This document shows, piece by piece, positions 31,998 to 42,045 of a stretch of DNA of 64,000 nt. The stretch spans positions 1-64,000 of the forward strand of contig JAHLVW010000066.1 in NCBI GenBank assembly GCA_019058275.1, read 5' to 3'. The position numbers and the translations under genes are program-made. The DNA is from Candidatus Heimdallarchaeota archaeon (GTDB taxonomy: Archaea; Asgardarchaeota; Heimdallarchaeia; JABLTI01). Within the stretch, counting starts at the first letter, position 1. Every line of letters begins with the position of its first letter. The notes under the pieces are model-generated. The model did no database searches, was not told where the DNA came from, and worked only from the letters and a program-made list of their open reading frames with translations.

Positions 31998-33970
31998 ATG
32001 TTATTTAAGGTAGGAATAGGAATGTATGATTGTACTGGTCCTGTTGCAGAACAAACTATGATGGGTTATGCGGATTCTAAACAAAAAACTTTAGGAATTG
32101 CTGATAGGCAATGGGTTCGAGCATTCGTTTTTCAGGATAAAAATAATAATTATGCATGTTTAGCAATTGCTGATATTTGTATGGTTTTTCAAGCAGTCAA
32201 AAATGAGGTAGTAAAGCGTCTGTTAAAAAAATTTGGTGGTGTTTTAAAAACAGATAATATAATGTTAAGTGCTACTCACACTCATTCAGGACCCGGGGGT
32301 TTTCTTTTTATCCTACTTTTAATATAATTGGTAAAGGTTTTTGTAAACAAACTTTCGAGGTTATCGTTAATGGTTTTGTTCAAGCAATTATTAGAGCTTG
32401 GAATAATATGAAACCAGCTAAGATATTTATCAATACAAGTGAGCTTATGGATTGTGGAGGACAAAGATCAAGACAAGCTTGGGAAAGCAATCCTCAAAAG
32501 GAAAGGGAAAAATACGGGGATACTGATAAATCATTTACATTATTGAAGTTCATTGATTCATCTGAAAAATTATTCGGTACTATTGTTTACTATGCTTTGC
32601 ATTCAACTTCTATTGGCATAAAAAATCGCTTAATATCTTCAGATAATAGAGGATATGCATCTAGATTTTTGGAACGAATGTTTGAAAATGATCCTTATAA
32701 ATTCAATCCGAATTTCATAGCTGCTTTTCCAAATGCTAATGGTGGTGATGTTAGCCCAAATGTTGGACTAGGTCATCCTCCTGGTGGGGAGGAAGATTAT
32801 AGAAGAATGAAGGCAAGTGGTTATAAATTATGTCAAAAAACAATACAAATGATAAATTCTGAAGCAGAAGAAATTTCTGGAGATATTAGATTTGGTCAGA
32901 TGAACGTTAATTTAGCGAATGTACAAATTAATGGAACTTCCAGAAGAACGTGTGATGGAGCATTTGGAGCTAGTTTTTCAGGTGCTTCAAGTGAGGATAA
33001 TTCTTCATCGATACCATTATTTGTAGAAGGATTAACTAAATCTGAATTATTGAATGGTGAGATATCACGTAAATATTCTTTTCGCAATAAAGCTTTAACA
33101 TTCCTTTTAGATTTAATTTGGCATGATATGGATGATCCAGAATGGGTTGAAGCTCAAGGTGAAAAGCCCATCTTACTCCCTGTTGGCAGAGCTAAGTTTC
33201 GAGGTATGCCGTTTTATCCCCACATTTTTCCTTTCCAAATTTTCAAGTTAGGGACTGTTTGTATTATTGGTTTTCCAGGTGAGATAACATCTATGGCAGG
33301 AATACGATTAAAGAACACAATTCTTAATACTTTCAAAGAAACAGAAGTCAAATATTGTGTACTAAATTGCTATGCAAATTCATTCTCAAATTATACAACA
33401 ACAATGGAGGAATATAATCAGCAACATTATGAAGGTGCAAGCACCTTGTTTGGTCCGAATCAACTTGAAGCTATCCAGCAAGAATTTAGAAAAACTGCTG
33501 AAAAGATTAGGGATAAGAAAGTTGTTCCTTCAGGTGTACCATTTCCAAAGTATTCATTTAAGCAAAGAAGATTCAGATCACGAATTCGGTTTGATGATGA
33601 TCCATTGGGGAAAGATTATGGTGATATCATAACTCAACCAAACTCATCTTATAATAGCGAAGAGAAAGTGGTTGTGGAATTTGTAGGAGCTAATCCTAGA
33701 AATAATCTTAGAACAATGGATACATATCTTGAAGTTCAAAGAAAAATAAATGACGATTGGGAAACAGTTTACAAAGATTTAGATTTTGAAACAGAATATC
33801 ATTGGAAAAGAAAAGGAATTGCACATTCAATTATAACAATTGTATGGAATATTCCTAGAAAAATAAATCCCGGGGAATATAGAATTATTCATAAAGGAGA
33901 TTCTAAATCAAGATGGACGAAGAAAATCACTCAATATATCGGGATTTCTAATTCTTTTGAAGTATTATAG
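31998..33970 (+). CDS. Neutral/alkaline non-lysosomal ceramidase, split by a -1 frameshift at about 32297-32303 (programmed, pseudogene or sequencing error)
   Basis: D.TGP...MMGYA and ATHTHSGPGG in ORF1; HSTS, GDVSPN, PGEIT, YEGASTLFG, GANPRN in ORF2; a -1 join gives about 657 aa. Confidence 0.85.
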
Positions 33971-34310
33971 ACTCTAACAACTTAATCCTAAACAAGCTGT
34001 GCTATTTTAATTAATAAAATAAAATATCTTTGATTCATCTCCAAAAAAGCTCAAGAACAATTTTGAAATATGTTATTCAGTTAATTGATATTTCTATTTC
34101 TTCTTCATCATCTAACAATTAGTACAATTGGTACAATGATTATTTCAAGCAAACCAATAGAAATTGAAATATTGCGAAAAAAGAACAAAACAGACTGCTT
34201 AAGAAAGAATATAAGTTATCTAAAATCAAGTAAATATCTAACTAGATTGAAAAACAGGTTATTCTAAAAGCAATCAAATAGCATTAAAAATTTTGGAGCG
34301 AGAAAATATA

Positions 34311-35837
34311 ATGAAGGAAAAATTCGATGTGATTGTAATTGGAGCAGGAATAGGAGGTTTGAGTGCTGCAATTTTTTTTGCGAAATATGAAAAGAAAGTG
34401 CTAGTTCTTGAGAAGCATTACATACCAGGAGGGTATCTTACATCTTTTTCCAGAAAAAACTACCAATTTGACAGTGGGGTTTTTCACTTGACAGATATGG
34501 GGGAACAAGAAACAATACCAATGTTCATAAGATTCTGGGGGAATAAAATTGAATCGGAAAAAGTAAATTACAAATTTAAGATTTTTAATGGAGAAGATTC
34601 CTACATCATATATGGGAAGACAGCTCAAAGTGATTTAGTGAAGTACTTTCCTTCTGATGAAAAAGCTATCAAGTATTTCTTTGATCTTTCATCACAAATG
34701 ATGAATCAAACACTTAGTATGGGCGCACCTAAAGCCCCCTATGAAATGAGTTTTTGGGAAAAGCTTTTGTTTGGAATAAAAGCAGTAACTAAAACCCCTA
34801 CCTTCCTAAGATTTGGACGAAAAAATGGGAGAATATTTTTCAAGAAATTATTCAAGGATAAAAATCTAGCAACAATTATCTATAGTTATTATCCTATTAG
34901 CAGCTTAATTTTATTTGGCTTCTCTTTTGGTTGGACTAATCTCTTGAAGGATGAAAATTATTATCCTATTGGAGGAATGCAAGCAATTCCTGATGCAATG
35001 GTTTCTAGTCTTAAACAAAATCATGGAGAAATCAAATTAAGTTCAGAAGTGAAAAGAATCATAGTCGAGAAAGAGAAAGCTGTTGGTGTGGAATGCCTAG
35101 ATGGTTCAAAATATTATGCAAATATCATTATTTCAAATTCGCCCATTCATTATACTTTAAATAAACTTCTAGATAGTTATTCACAATTTGATTCACAAAG
35201 AAAACAAATTGCTGAGCGAGAAATATTTTGTTCAGTCATGCTTAATTTCTTGGGTATGGATGAAGCCTTTGATTATCAAGGAACGAATTTCTTTATCATA
35301 ATGGATAAAAATGGCTTGGAGTTAAAAGAAAAGGATCTGACTCCTGAGAATTGCCCAATATTAATGATAGTTCTGCCAAAACCTGAAAAACAAAAAGGTG
35401 ACTCTATTCTTATTGGTGCGTTTCTACCATATGATTACAATAATTACTGGTCAACCAATAACTCAAAAATTAGAGGAGAGGAATATAAGAAAACAAAAGA
35501 AGAGGTTTTCAAGATTATTCTAGAAAGAATTACTCGGAAACTCGGAGAAGATTTTCAACAAGCAATAAAATTCTCTCTTGCATCAACCCCGTTAACTCTA
35601 GAACGCTATACCTACAATGAAAAAGGATCTATTATGGGGTGGAAAATGGACAAGAAAAACTATGGGAAATTTTTCCGTCATGAAACAGCAATTGATAATT
35701 TATTTCTTGTTGGGCAATGGACATTCCCAGGAGGAGGAGTTCCTGGTGCTATGGCAGGAGGGTATTATCTTGCAAAGAATATTCTAGCAAAGGAGAGTAT
35801 TAACTTAGAAGCTGATATGGCAAGAAAAGCAAAGTAA
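34311..35837 (+). CDS. Phytoene desaturase / retinol saturase family FAD oxidoreductase
   Basis: VIGAGIGGL, EKHYIPGG, YYPIGG, TPLT, LFLVGQWTFPGGGV. Confidence 0.85.
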   Translation: MKEKFDVIVIGAGIGGLSAAIFFAKYEKKVLVLEKHYIPGGYLTSFSRKNYQFDSGVFHLTDMGEQETIPMFIRFWGNKIESEKVNYKFKIFNGEDSYIIYGKTAQSDLVKYFPSDEKAIKYFFDLSSQMMNQTLSMGAPKAPYEMSFWEKLLFGIKAVTKTPTFLRFGRKNGRIFFKKLFKDKNLATIIYSYYPISSLILFGFSFGWTNLLKDENYYPIGGMQAIPDAMVSSLKQNHGEIKLSSEVKRIIVEKEKAVGVECLDGSKYYANIIISNSPIHYTLNKLLDSYSQFDSQRKQIAEREIFCSVMLNFLGMDEAFDYQGTNFFIIMDKNGLELKEKDLTPENCPILMIVLPKPEKQKGDSILIGAFLPYDYNNYWSTNNSKIRGEEYKKTKEEVFKIILERITRKLGEDFQQAIKFSLASTPLTLERYTYNEKGSIMGWKMDKKNYGKFFRHETAIDNLFLVGQWTFPGGGVPGAMAGGYYLAKNILAKESINLEADMARKAK

Positions 35838-35968
35838 AGAACTAATTTTAAGCAAAAAGAATATGATTTACCTTTCTTGTTTTGAATAAAACATTTTTTT
35901 CCTTAATAAAAGTCTTGTAATAATAATTCCTTTGAAAAGGAGATTTGGATGTGAATAAGAAATAGTAT

Positions 35969-35993
35969 TGGTGGGCTCAGCCGGATTCGAACC
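35969..35993 (-). repeat. Displaced tRNA 3'-end fragment (att-like scar)
   Basis: GGTTCGAATCCGGCTGAGCCCACCA on minus strand; 19/23 identical to the 3' end of tRNA-Ile at 40200. Confidence 0.65.
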
Positions 35994-36021
35994 ATGGGTC
36001 ACTTTTACTATTTTGGAATCT

Positions 36022-38085
36022 TCATGGAGAATTTCTAGATTTCTTTTTCCTTCTTAGTGGAATTAGTATGATGAAAGGAAGGTATATCCAGAGGAAATTT
36101 ACTGAAACTCCTTCAGTTACAATAGGAATAGTATAAAGCATTGTGATCCCCTCATACCTTTGTGCTATACACAAAATCCCATTGTAAATTGCAGCACCGA
36201 CACACTCTGTAGTCAAATTATATTTGGCTACTTGTGCAAATGTTCCTTCTAGAGTACTGAAAACTAAAACGCCTTTGTAATAAAGTGGTATATATAGGTA
36301 ATTCTCAAAAAGAAGAATATCTGTAGGATAAAAAGGATTTGGAAATTTAAATTCCTCTATGAATGCTGGATTTTCCAGATCGGTTATATCATAAGCTTGT
36401 AATCCGAACGTATGAGTGAAATTGTAGTTATAACCTACATGTAAATAGAGAGTAGTTGCTGTTACACAAAAACCATGAAAATTGATTTCCGGATCACTGA
36501 TAGTATAAAGCAATTCAATATCATTCAAGCTATTCAATCGATAGATGTAATGTTTTGAATAATAATCTATGAACAAGTGATCATTTAGTATTTGTATTTG
36601 AGACCCTTTTATTGTTGGGTGATTATGTACTAAACTCGGATTTATTGGGTTTGAAATATCTAATATAGTTAAACCATAATTTTCAGAAACCACAAACAAA
36701 TAATTATCCTGGATAAATGAACCACTATTATACCATTTACCAGTAATAGGATCAGTATAACTTCCTACAAATTCGGGAATAGTTGTGCTGGTATCTACAA
36801 TCTGTAGGTCTGTTTCACTAAGGATGTATACAAAATCGCCTTTTTGCTTAATATCTTGAATTTTATCGTCATATTGTCTCTTATTTATCAAATAGATATT
36901 GTCCGAATCATTTATACTAACGATATACAACATGTAGTGATGATATTTTACAGTGTAAACAAATGCAAACTCATCTGTTAAAGCAACTAAATCAACTTTA
37001 CCACCAAAATCAATACTATCGATTAAAACAGGATTAGATAAATCACTAAAATCTATGGAATAAATGTAATTATTCCAATCAATGACAAGGCAATAATCAT
37101 TTGAAAAAACTTTATATTTAGTTGAATAATCCCATTGAAAATTCGCTAAATATAACGGATTATAGATATCTTCTATATCATAAACTGAATAACTGCCCGA
37201 GTCTTCATGGATAAACATATACGTACTATTGATGTAGAAGCTTTTGCTAGTATTAGACACAAAGGTCATACTTTCAATATCCATTGTGTCATAGATTGAA
37301 ATATTGTTTTCAAATTTGACTGCTAAGAATCCTTCATGTGCAGTGTATAATGTCGCTGCTGCATGATTACTAGCAGGAAGTGTGTAGTTAACAATCAAAG
37401 TCACATCAAGAGGATTAGAGATATTATAAAATTGGAGTGCACCCCATTCTCCCATATCAACAAGATAATCATCTACTATATAATAATCAGAAATGTAGAA
37501 ACCAGGTAAGATACTAACTAACTGTGGGTTGTAAAGATCAGTTATATTAAAAATATGTGTACCGAGGTAAGCAAAATTATTTTTCACAACTATGTCATGT
37601 TGATTGGCAACAATAGGTGATTCATAAATTAACTGAATCTCATTAATATTGGAGATATTGTATATTCTTAAGGAATTGTGATAATCGTTAACATAAACAA
37701 TATCTTCAATAATTTCAAAATTAAGTAAAAAGCCTGGAATAGTATCTGAACCTAAGAATACCATATTCGATTTATCTGAATAATCATATTTACTTATAAA
37801 ATAATATGGATTAATAATTAGTGAACTAGAACAAACAGTATAGAAATATCCTTCATCTACATGAGCATATATTGGTGTACCCTTAAAATTATTCCATTCT
37901 CCGTAAAGATCTAAATCTGGTAAATCGGCAAATTGCTCTTCATCAAATAATATGCTATTTGTTTCATAGTTTGATATTAAATAATGATTCTGAATCGCTT
38001 CTGTAGAAGCAGGAACTAAAAAAGTGAACAGAATAAATATGCAGAAAAGCTTGCATTTTTGTATCCCATCAAATACTCTTGCCAA
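36022..38085 (-). CDS. LVIVD-repeat beta-propeller surface protein with C-terminal TM anchor
   Basis: Repeated (L/I)xI(Y/L)(D/N)IS(N/D)PxNP motifs, signal peptide, C-terminal hydrophobic segment plus RRKKK. Confidence 0.82.
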   Translation of the reverse strand: MARVFDGIQKCKLFCIFILFTFLVPASTEAIQNHYLISNYETNSILFDEEQFADLPDLDLYGEWNNFKGTPIYAHVDEGYFYTVCSSSLIINPYYFISKYDYSDKSNMVFLGSDTIPGFLLNFEIIEDIVYVNDYHNSLRIYNISNINEIQLIYESPIVANQHDIVVKNNFAYLGTHIFNITDLYNPQLVSILPGFYISDYYIVDDYLVDMGEWGALQFYNISNPLDVTLIVNYTLPASNHAAATLYTAHEGFLAVKFENNISIYDTMDIESMTFVSNTSKSFYINSTYMFIHEDSGSYSVYDIEDIYNPLYLANFQWDYSTKYKVFSNDYCLVIDWNNYIYSIDFSDLSNPVLIDSIDFGGKVDLVALTDEFAFVYTVKYHHYMLYIVSINDSDNIYLINKRQYDDKIQDIKQKGDFVYILSETDLQIVDTSTTIPEFVGSYTDPITGKWYNSGSFIQDNYLFVVSENYGLTILDISNPINPSLVHNHPTIKGSQIQILNDHLFIDYYSKHYIYRLNSLNDIELLYTISDPEINFHGFCVTATTLYLHVGYNYNFTHTFGLQAYDITDLENPAFIEEFKFPNPFYPTDILLFENYLYIPLYYKGVLVFSTLEGTFAQVAKYNLTTECVGAAIYNGILCIAQRYEGITMLYTIPIVTEGVSVNFLWIYLPFIILIPLRRKKKSRNSP

Positions 38086-38188
38086 AATACTCCTCTCCTT
38101 TCAACAATGTATTTTATATTTAAAACTATTTTTCTCGATTTTTATTCATAATTAAATGATTTAACAAGATATTTATGAAAATAAGAAT

Positions 38189-38209
38189 TGGTGAACCCGC
38201 GTGGATTCG
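38189..38209 (-). repeat. Second, more degenerate tRNA 3'-end fragment
   Basis: CGAATCCACGCGGGTTCACCA on minus strand followed by T-rich tract. Confidence 0.5.
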
Positions 38210-38355
38210 TTCATCTAGCTATATAGAAAATTGAAAAAATTGCATGAATCCTCTGATATGTTAATCAGAGATATGAACATAACAGATCCTAATATATTAA
38301 TAAACTACAAAAGCTTTTAAGTAAAGTAATATTGATGCTCTTTGAGTTGAGAGAG

Positions 38356-40104
38356 ATGCACGCAGCAAAGATACTCCTACAGATGTTAAGTGCTCACGAT
38401 GTCAAGCATATTTTTGGACTACCTGGAGAAACGACTCTGGAGTTGTATACAGGCTGGCAAGATTGGGAAGCTAGCCCACATCCAATTGATTATGTGTTAA
38501 CTCGAGATGAAAGAAGTTCAGCATACATGGCAGATGCTTATGCGAGAGTGAGTTTTAAACCAGGGGTAGTAGAAGTACCCAGTGTAGGCGCCACTCACTT
38601 AATTCCTGGGGTAGTTGAGGCATATAAAGCGTCTGTTCCTATGTTAGTGTTTACCTCGGATGTTCCGCTTCATACTGAACTCAGAAACATGTTGACAGCG
38701 TTTGATCAGACAGCATTATTCAAAGGAATTACAAAAGCAACAATTACGGTAACAAAAGGATCTGAAATTCCCCATGTTATCCGGAGGGCATTTCGCCTGG
38801 CAACCGGGGGAAGACCCGGCCCCATACATATACGGTTACCGATGGATGTTCTAGGCGAAGAAATTGATGATTCGGAGATATTCTCAGAACTTTATGCCCA
38901 AAAAGAGTTCGTCCGGTATCCGAGTGCGCGTCCCACAGCTGAGTTAGAAAAAATTAAGGATGCTCTTGCCCTATTAAGTTCCGCTGAACGTCCTGTTCTT
39001 ATATGTGGACAAGGAGTCCTTTTTTCCCAAGCATGGGAAGAAGTAACAGAATTTGCAGAGCTTTTGGGGATACCTGTAGGAACGACAATTTCTGGGAAGG
39101 GGAGTATTGCAGAAACACATCCTTTATCAATTGGAGTAACAGGTAGCCGCGGTGGAACACGTTTCTCGAATAGAATTGTTAGAGAAGCAGACGTTATCTT
39201 CTATATTGGGAGTAATACTGATTCAGCGAACACATCAAAATGGACCTTGCCTGCTAAAGAGTCAGGGACAAAGTTAATCCATTGTGACATCAGTGAGACG
39301 GAACCAGGGAATAATTATCAAACCGATGTGATCTTAATCGGAGACGCAAAAGGCACACTAAAAACTATGATTAATTTGGTATCAACTAAAATTACACAGA
39401 AAAAATATGATGACCTTCCCCGGATCAAGCAAATAATAAAAGATGCCAAAGAATATAATGAATATGTTTGGGAGCTAAAACAATCTGAAGAGAAACCAAT
39501 TCACCCAATGCGATTTATTCATGAGCTTTCTAAAACCATTCCTGATGATTATGTAATTACAACTGATCCAGGGGTTAGCGCGATTTATCCGTCAGCATTC
39601 CATAAATTAAAACGAGCGGGAAGAAGTATGATCTTTAATTATGCTATGGGAGCTTTAGGATATGCCATTCCTGCATCGGTTGGAGCATATTTTGCTAGAC
39701 CTGAAAGTTGCATTGTGGCTCTAACAGGTGATGGTAGTTTTGGATTCACGGTAGGCGAATTAGAAACGATTAGTAGAATTGGAGGTAACATTAACATTAT
39801 TTTATTCAATAATGGTTGTTTTGGCTGGATTAAAGGAGAACTACAGATCTCCTATGGTTCCAAATACGTAGATTTTCCTACAAATTTCCAAGTGGTGGAT
39901 TATCAAAAAATTGCTGAAGGATTCGGTTTAACAGCGTATACAGTTCGAGATCCTAAGGATCTTTCACAAGTCTTGCAAGAGGCCTTTAGTCTCAATGCAC
40001 CGACCCTTATAGATCTACAAGTTCGATCAGAGAATGAACTAATTCCTCCAGTACCCAAATGGGTTAAAATAGCAGAGAAAACAGATTTAAAATACATTTT
40101 TTAG
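38356..40104 (+). CDS. Thiamine-pyrophosphate enzyme, acetolactate synthase large-subunit family
   Basis: IFGLPGE, RDE, GRPGPIHI, MGALGYAIPA, GDGSFG...NN. Confidence 0.88.
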   Translation: MHAAKILLQMLSAHDVKHIFGLPGETTLELYTGWQDWEASPHPIDYVLTRDERSSAYMADAYARVSFKPGVVEVPSVGATHLIPGVVEAYKASVPMLVFTSDVPLHTELRNMLTAFDQTALFKGITKATITVTKGSEIPHVIRRAFRLATGGRPGPIHIRLPMDVLGEEIDDSEIFSELYAQKEFVRYPSARPTAELEKIKDALALLSSAERPVLICGQGVLFSQAWEEVTEFAELLGIPVGTTISGKGSIAETHPLSIGVTGSRGGTRFSNRIVREADVIFYIGSNTDSANTSKWTLPAKESGTKLIHCDISETEPGNNYQTDVILIGDAKGTLKTMINLVSTKITQKKYDDLPRIKQIIKDAKEYNEYVWELKQSEEKPIHPMRFIHELSKTIPDDYVITTDPGVSAIYPSAFHKLKRAGRSMIFNYAMGALGYAIPASVGAYFARPESCIVALTGDGSFGFTVGELETISRIGGNINIILFNNGCFGWIKGELQISYGSKYVDFPTNFQVVDYQKIAEGFGLTAYTVRDPKDLSQVLQEAFSLNAPTLIDLQVRSENELIPPVPKWVKIAEKTDLKYIF

Positions 40105-40199
40105 TCAGAGCATGAACACTAGTGTTTAGATTAAAACTCCAATTAATACTAAGAAATATTACCTGTCTTACGATTTTTTGGGAAAACAAAAGATATAAT

Positions 40200-40341
40200 T
40201 GGTGGGCCCGGCGCGATTCGAATTCGCGGAAGTGGGTTCGCGACCACAATCTTCTCACGCGACCTCCCGGTTTTTGAAGAAACCAGACTCGTCTGATTTT
40301 TTTATCAGCCGAGCGCGCTAACCAAGCTGTGCCACGGGCCC
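40200..40341 (-). tRNA. tRNA-Ile(GAU) with two introns (40272-40302 at 37/38; 40223-40255 at 53/54), CCA encoded
   Basis: GGGCCCG/CGGGCCC acceptor stem, CTCGG-CTGATAA-CCGGG anticodon arm, GCGTG-TTCGAAT-CGCGC T arm restored only after removing both inserts. Confidence 0.9.
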
Positions 40342-40570
40342 AAGGATATTTGTGCTCTCTTCAATTTGGCATTTTAGTAGTTAAAAAAGTTTATGATTGG
40401 ATATTATATTTTGTTGTTATATGCTGGTTCCCAAAAGTTAAAATAAATTACCCACAAACTAAAGTTTAAAATAACTATTATTGTCTATAAATGTAAGTTT
40501 AGAAAGTTAATTATATGCTTATGTTTACAACTCATATGAGAGTTAATATAAAAAACAGTAGGGTACAAAC

Positions 40571-41158
40571 ATGTCAGATGATACAGGTCAAATGAAAGCA
40601 ATAAACGCGATACTCAAACTAGTTCTCTTAGGTGATGGTGCTGTAGGAAAAACTACTCTTCGTAGAAGATTTCTAGGTGAAGGTTTCAAAGCTGGTTATT
40701 CCGCTACTATAGGCGCTGATTTTGCTATTAAACGTATTAATCTTGAGAATTACCGATTAACTTTCCAGATCTGGGATTTAGCAGGACAGCAAAGATTTGC
40801 TGCAGTCAGAGAGCTCTATTACCGTGGTTCTAGAGGTGCCTTGCTAGTTTTTGATGTTACTAACCCAAGCTCATTTAATAATTTACCAAGTTGGCTTGAA
40901 GAATTATGGAAGAAAGCTGGTCGAGTACCTATGATCCTTTGTGGTAACAAAATCGACTTGAGAAATGAAGTACTAAAAAGCATTCCTCCAGAGTTAGGAC
41001 AAGAATATGCTCGACGTCTATCTGAAGCACTTGGTTATGAAGTTCCCTATATTGAGACTAGTGCTAAAACTGGCGAGAAGGTCAATGAGGCATTCTTCCT
41101 TTTAGGACTCAGTATTATTCGCTCTGTTAAAAAACCAAAAACAATTCTTGAAGAATAA
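40571..41158 (+). CDS. Rab-like small GTPase
   Basis: GDGAVGKT, TIGADF, WDLAGQ, YYRG, NKID, ETSAKTG; no C-terminal Cys prenylation motif. Confidence 0.92.
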   Translation: MSDDTGQMKAINAILKLVLLGDGAVGKTTLRRRFLGEGFKAGYSATIGADFAIKRINLENYRLTFQIWDLAGQQRFAAVRELYYRGSRGALLVFDVTNPSSFNNLPSWLEELWKKAGRVPMILCGNKIDLRNEVLKSIPPELGQEYARRLSEALGYEVPYIETSAKTGEKVNEAFFLLGLSIIRSVKKPKTILEE

Positions 41159-41299
41159 ACTATCCTTCTCCTATCTTATTTTTCCATTATTTTTTCCGTT
41201 GTGGTTATTTAGTAATTTTTATAATGGATTTTGAGAGTTACATACTCACTTAGAATTTAGCGCTTAGTAGAATTAGCGTTATAGTAAATTCTATATATG

Positions 41300-41314
41300 G
41301 GGAATTATTTCCCA
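41300..41314 (+). promoter_or_regulatory. Palindromic candidate operator GGGAATTATTTCCCA
   Basis: Directly after TATATAT, about 52 nt upstream of second Rab; 14/15 copy upstream of thioredoxin. Confidence 0.35.
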
Positions 41315-41365
41315 AATAAACTATAGATAAATTGCTTATTACTTTATATACGGAGCAGAATTATC

Positions 41366-41935
41366 TTGAGTGTACCTCAGAAAAAGTCAGTTTATAAGGT
41401 TGTCTTACTTGGCGATGGTGCTGTTGGTAAAACAAGCATTAGACAGCAATATTTAGGTAAAGGCTTCAAGGAAGGTTATTCCATGACCATTGGAGCTGAT
41501 TTTTGTGTTAAAAGAGTTGAACTATCAACTATGATTATTACCTTCCAAATTTGGGATCTTGCAGGACAACAAAGGTTTGATGTAGTTCGTGAGGTTTACT
41601 ATCGTGGTAGTAGCGGAGCATTGTTGGTTTTCGATGTTTCTAATGCAAGTTCATTTGAGAATTTACCAGCTTGGTTAAATGAATTGACAAAGAATAATTA
41701 TGAACGAATTGTTCCAATTGTCCTCATTGGTAATAAAACTGATTTGAGGGGTGAAAAACCATGTTTACCAAAAGAAGCAGGTCAGCAATACGCTGCAGCT
41801 CTTACTGAATGGACTGGTTTTGAAGTTCCTTATCTTGAGACTTCTGCAAAAACAGGTTTGAATGTTGATCAAGCTTTTGTGCTTCTGTCAAAACAAATTG
41901 AATCATTTTTAGATAAGTATCACCTTCGTGGTTGA
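41366..41935 (+). CDS. Rab-like small GTPase, paralog
   Basis: GDGAVGKT, TIGADF, WDLAGQ, YYRG, NKTD, ETSAKTG; TTG start. Confidence 0.92.
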   Translation: MSVPQKKSVYKVVLLGDGAVGKTSIRQQYLGKGFKEGYSMTIGADFCVKRVELSTMIITFQIWDLAGQQRFDVVREVYYRGSSGALLVFDVSNASSFENLPAWLNELTKNNYERIVPIVLIGNKTDLRGEKPCLPKEAGQQYAAALTEWTGFEVPYLETSAKTGLNVDQAFVLLSKQIESFLDKYHLRG

Positions 41936-42045
41936 TTTTTTCCTTTTCTTTTATTATCCCATTCTACCATTTCATCTTTTATTTTCATAGTCTTATATAT
42001 AGTCTATGCGATATATTATTTTAAAAGGGTAGGTTGATTTTACTA

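Noticed and set aside
34085-34267. 60-aa ORF upstream of the desaturase-like gene
   Set aside because: Low-complexity AT-rich sequence, no RBS or motif.
40064-40258. 64-aa minus-strand ORF
   Set aside because: It overlaps the tRNA-Ile gene and has no protein features.
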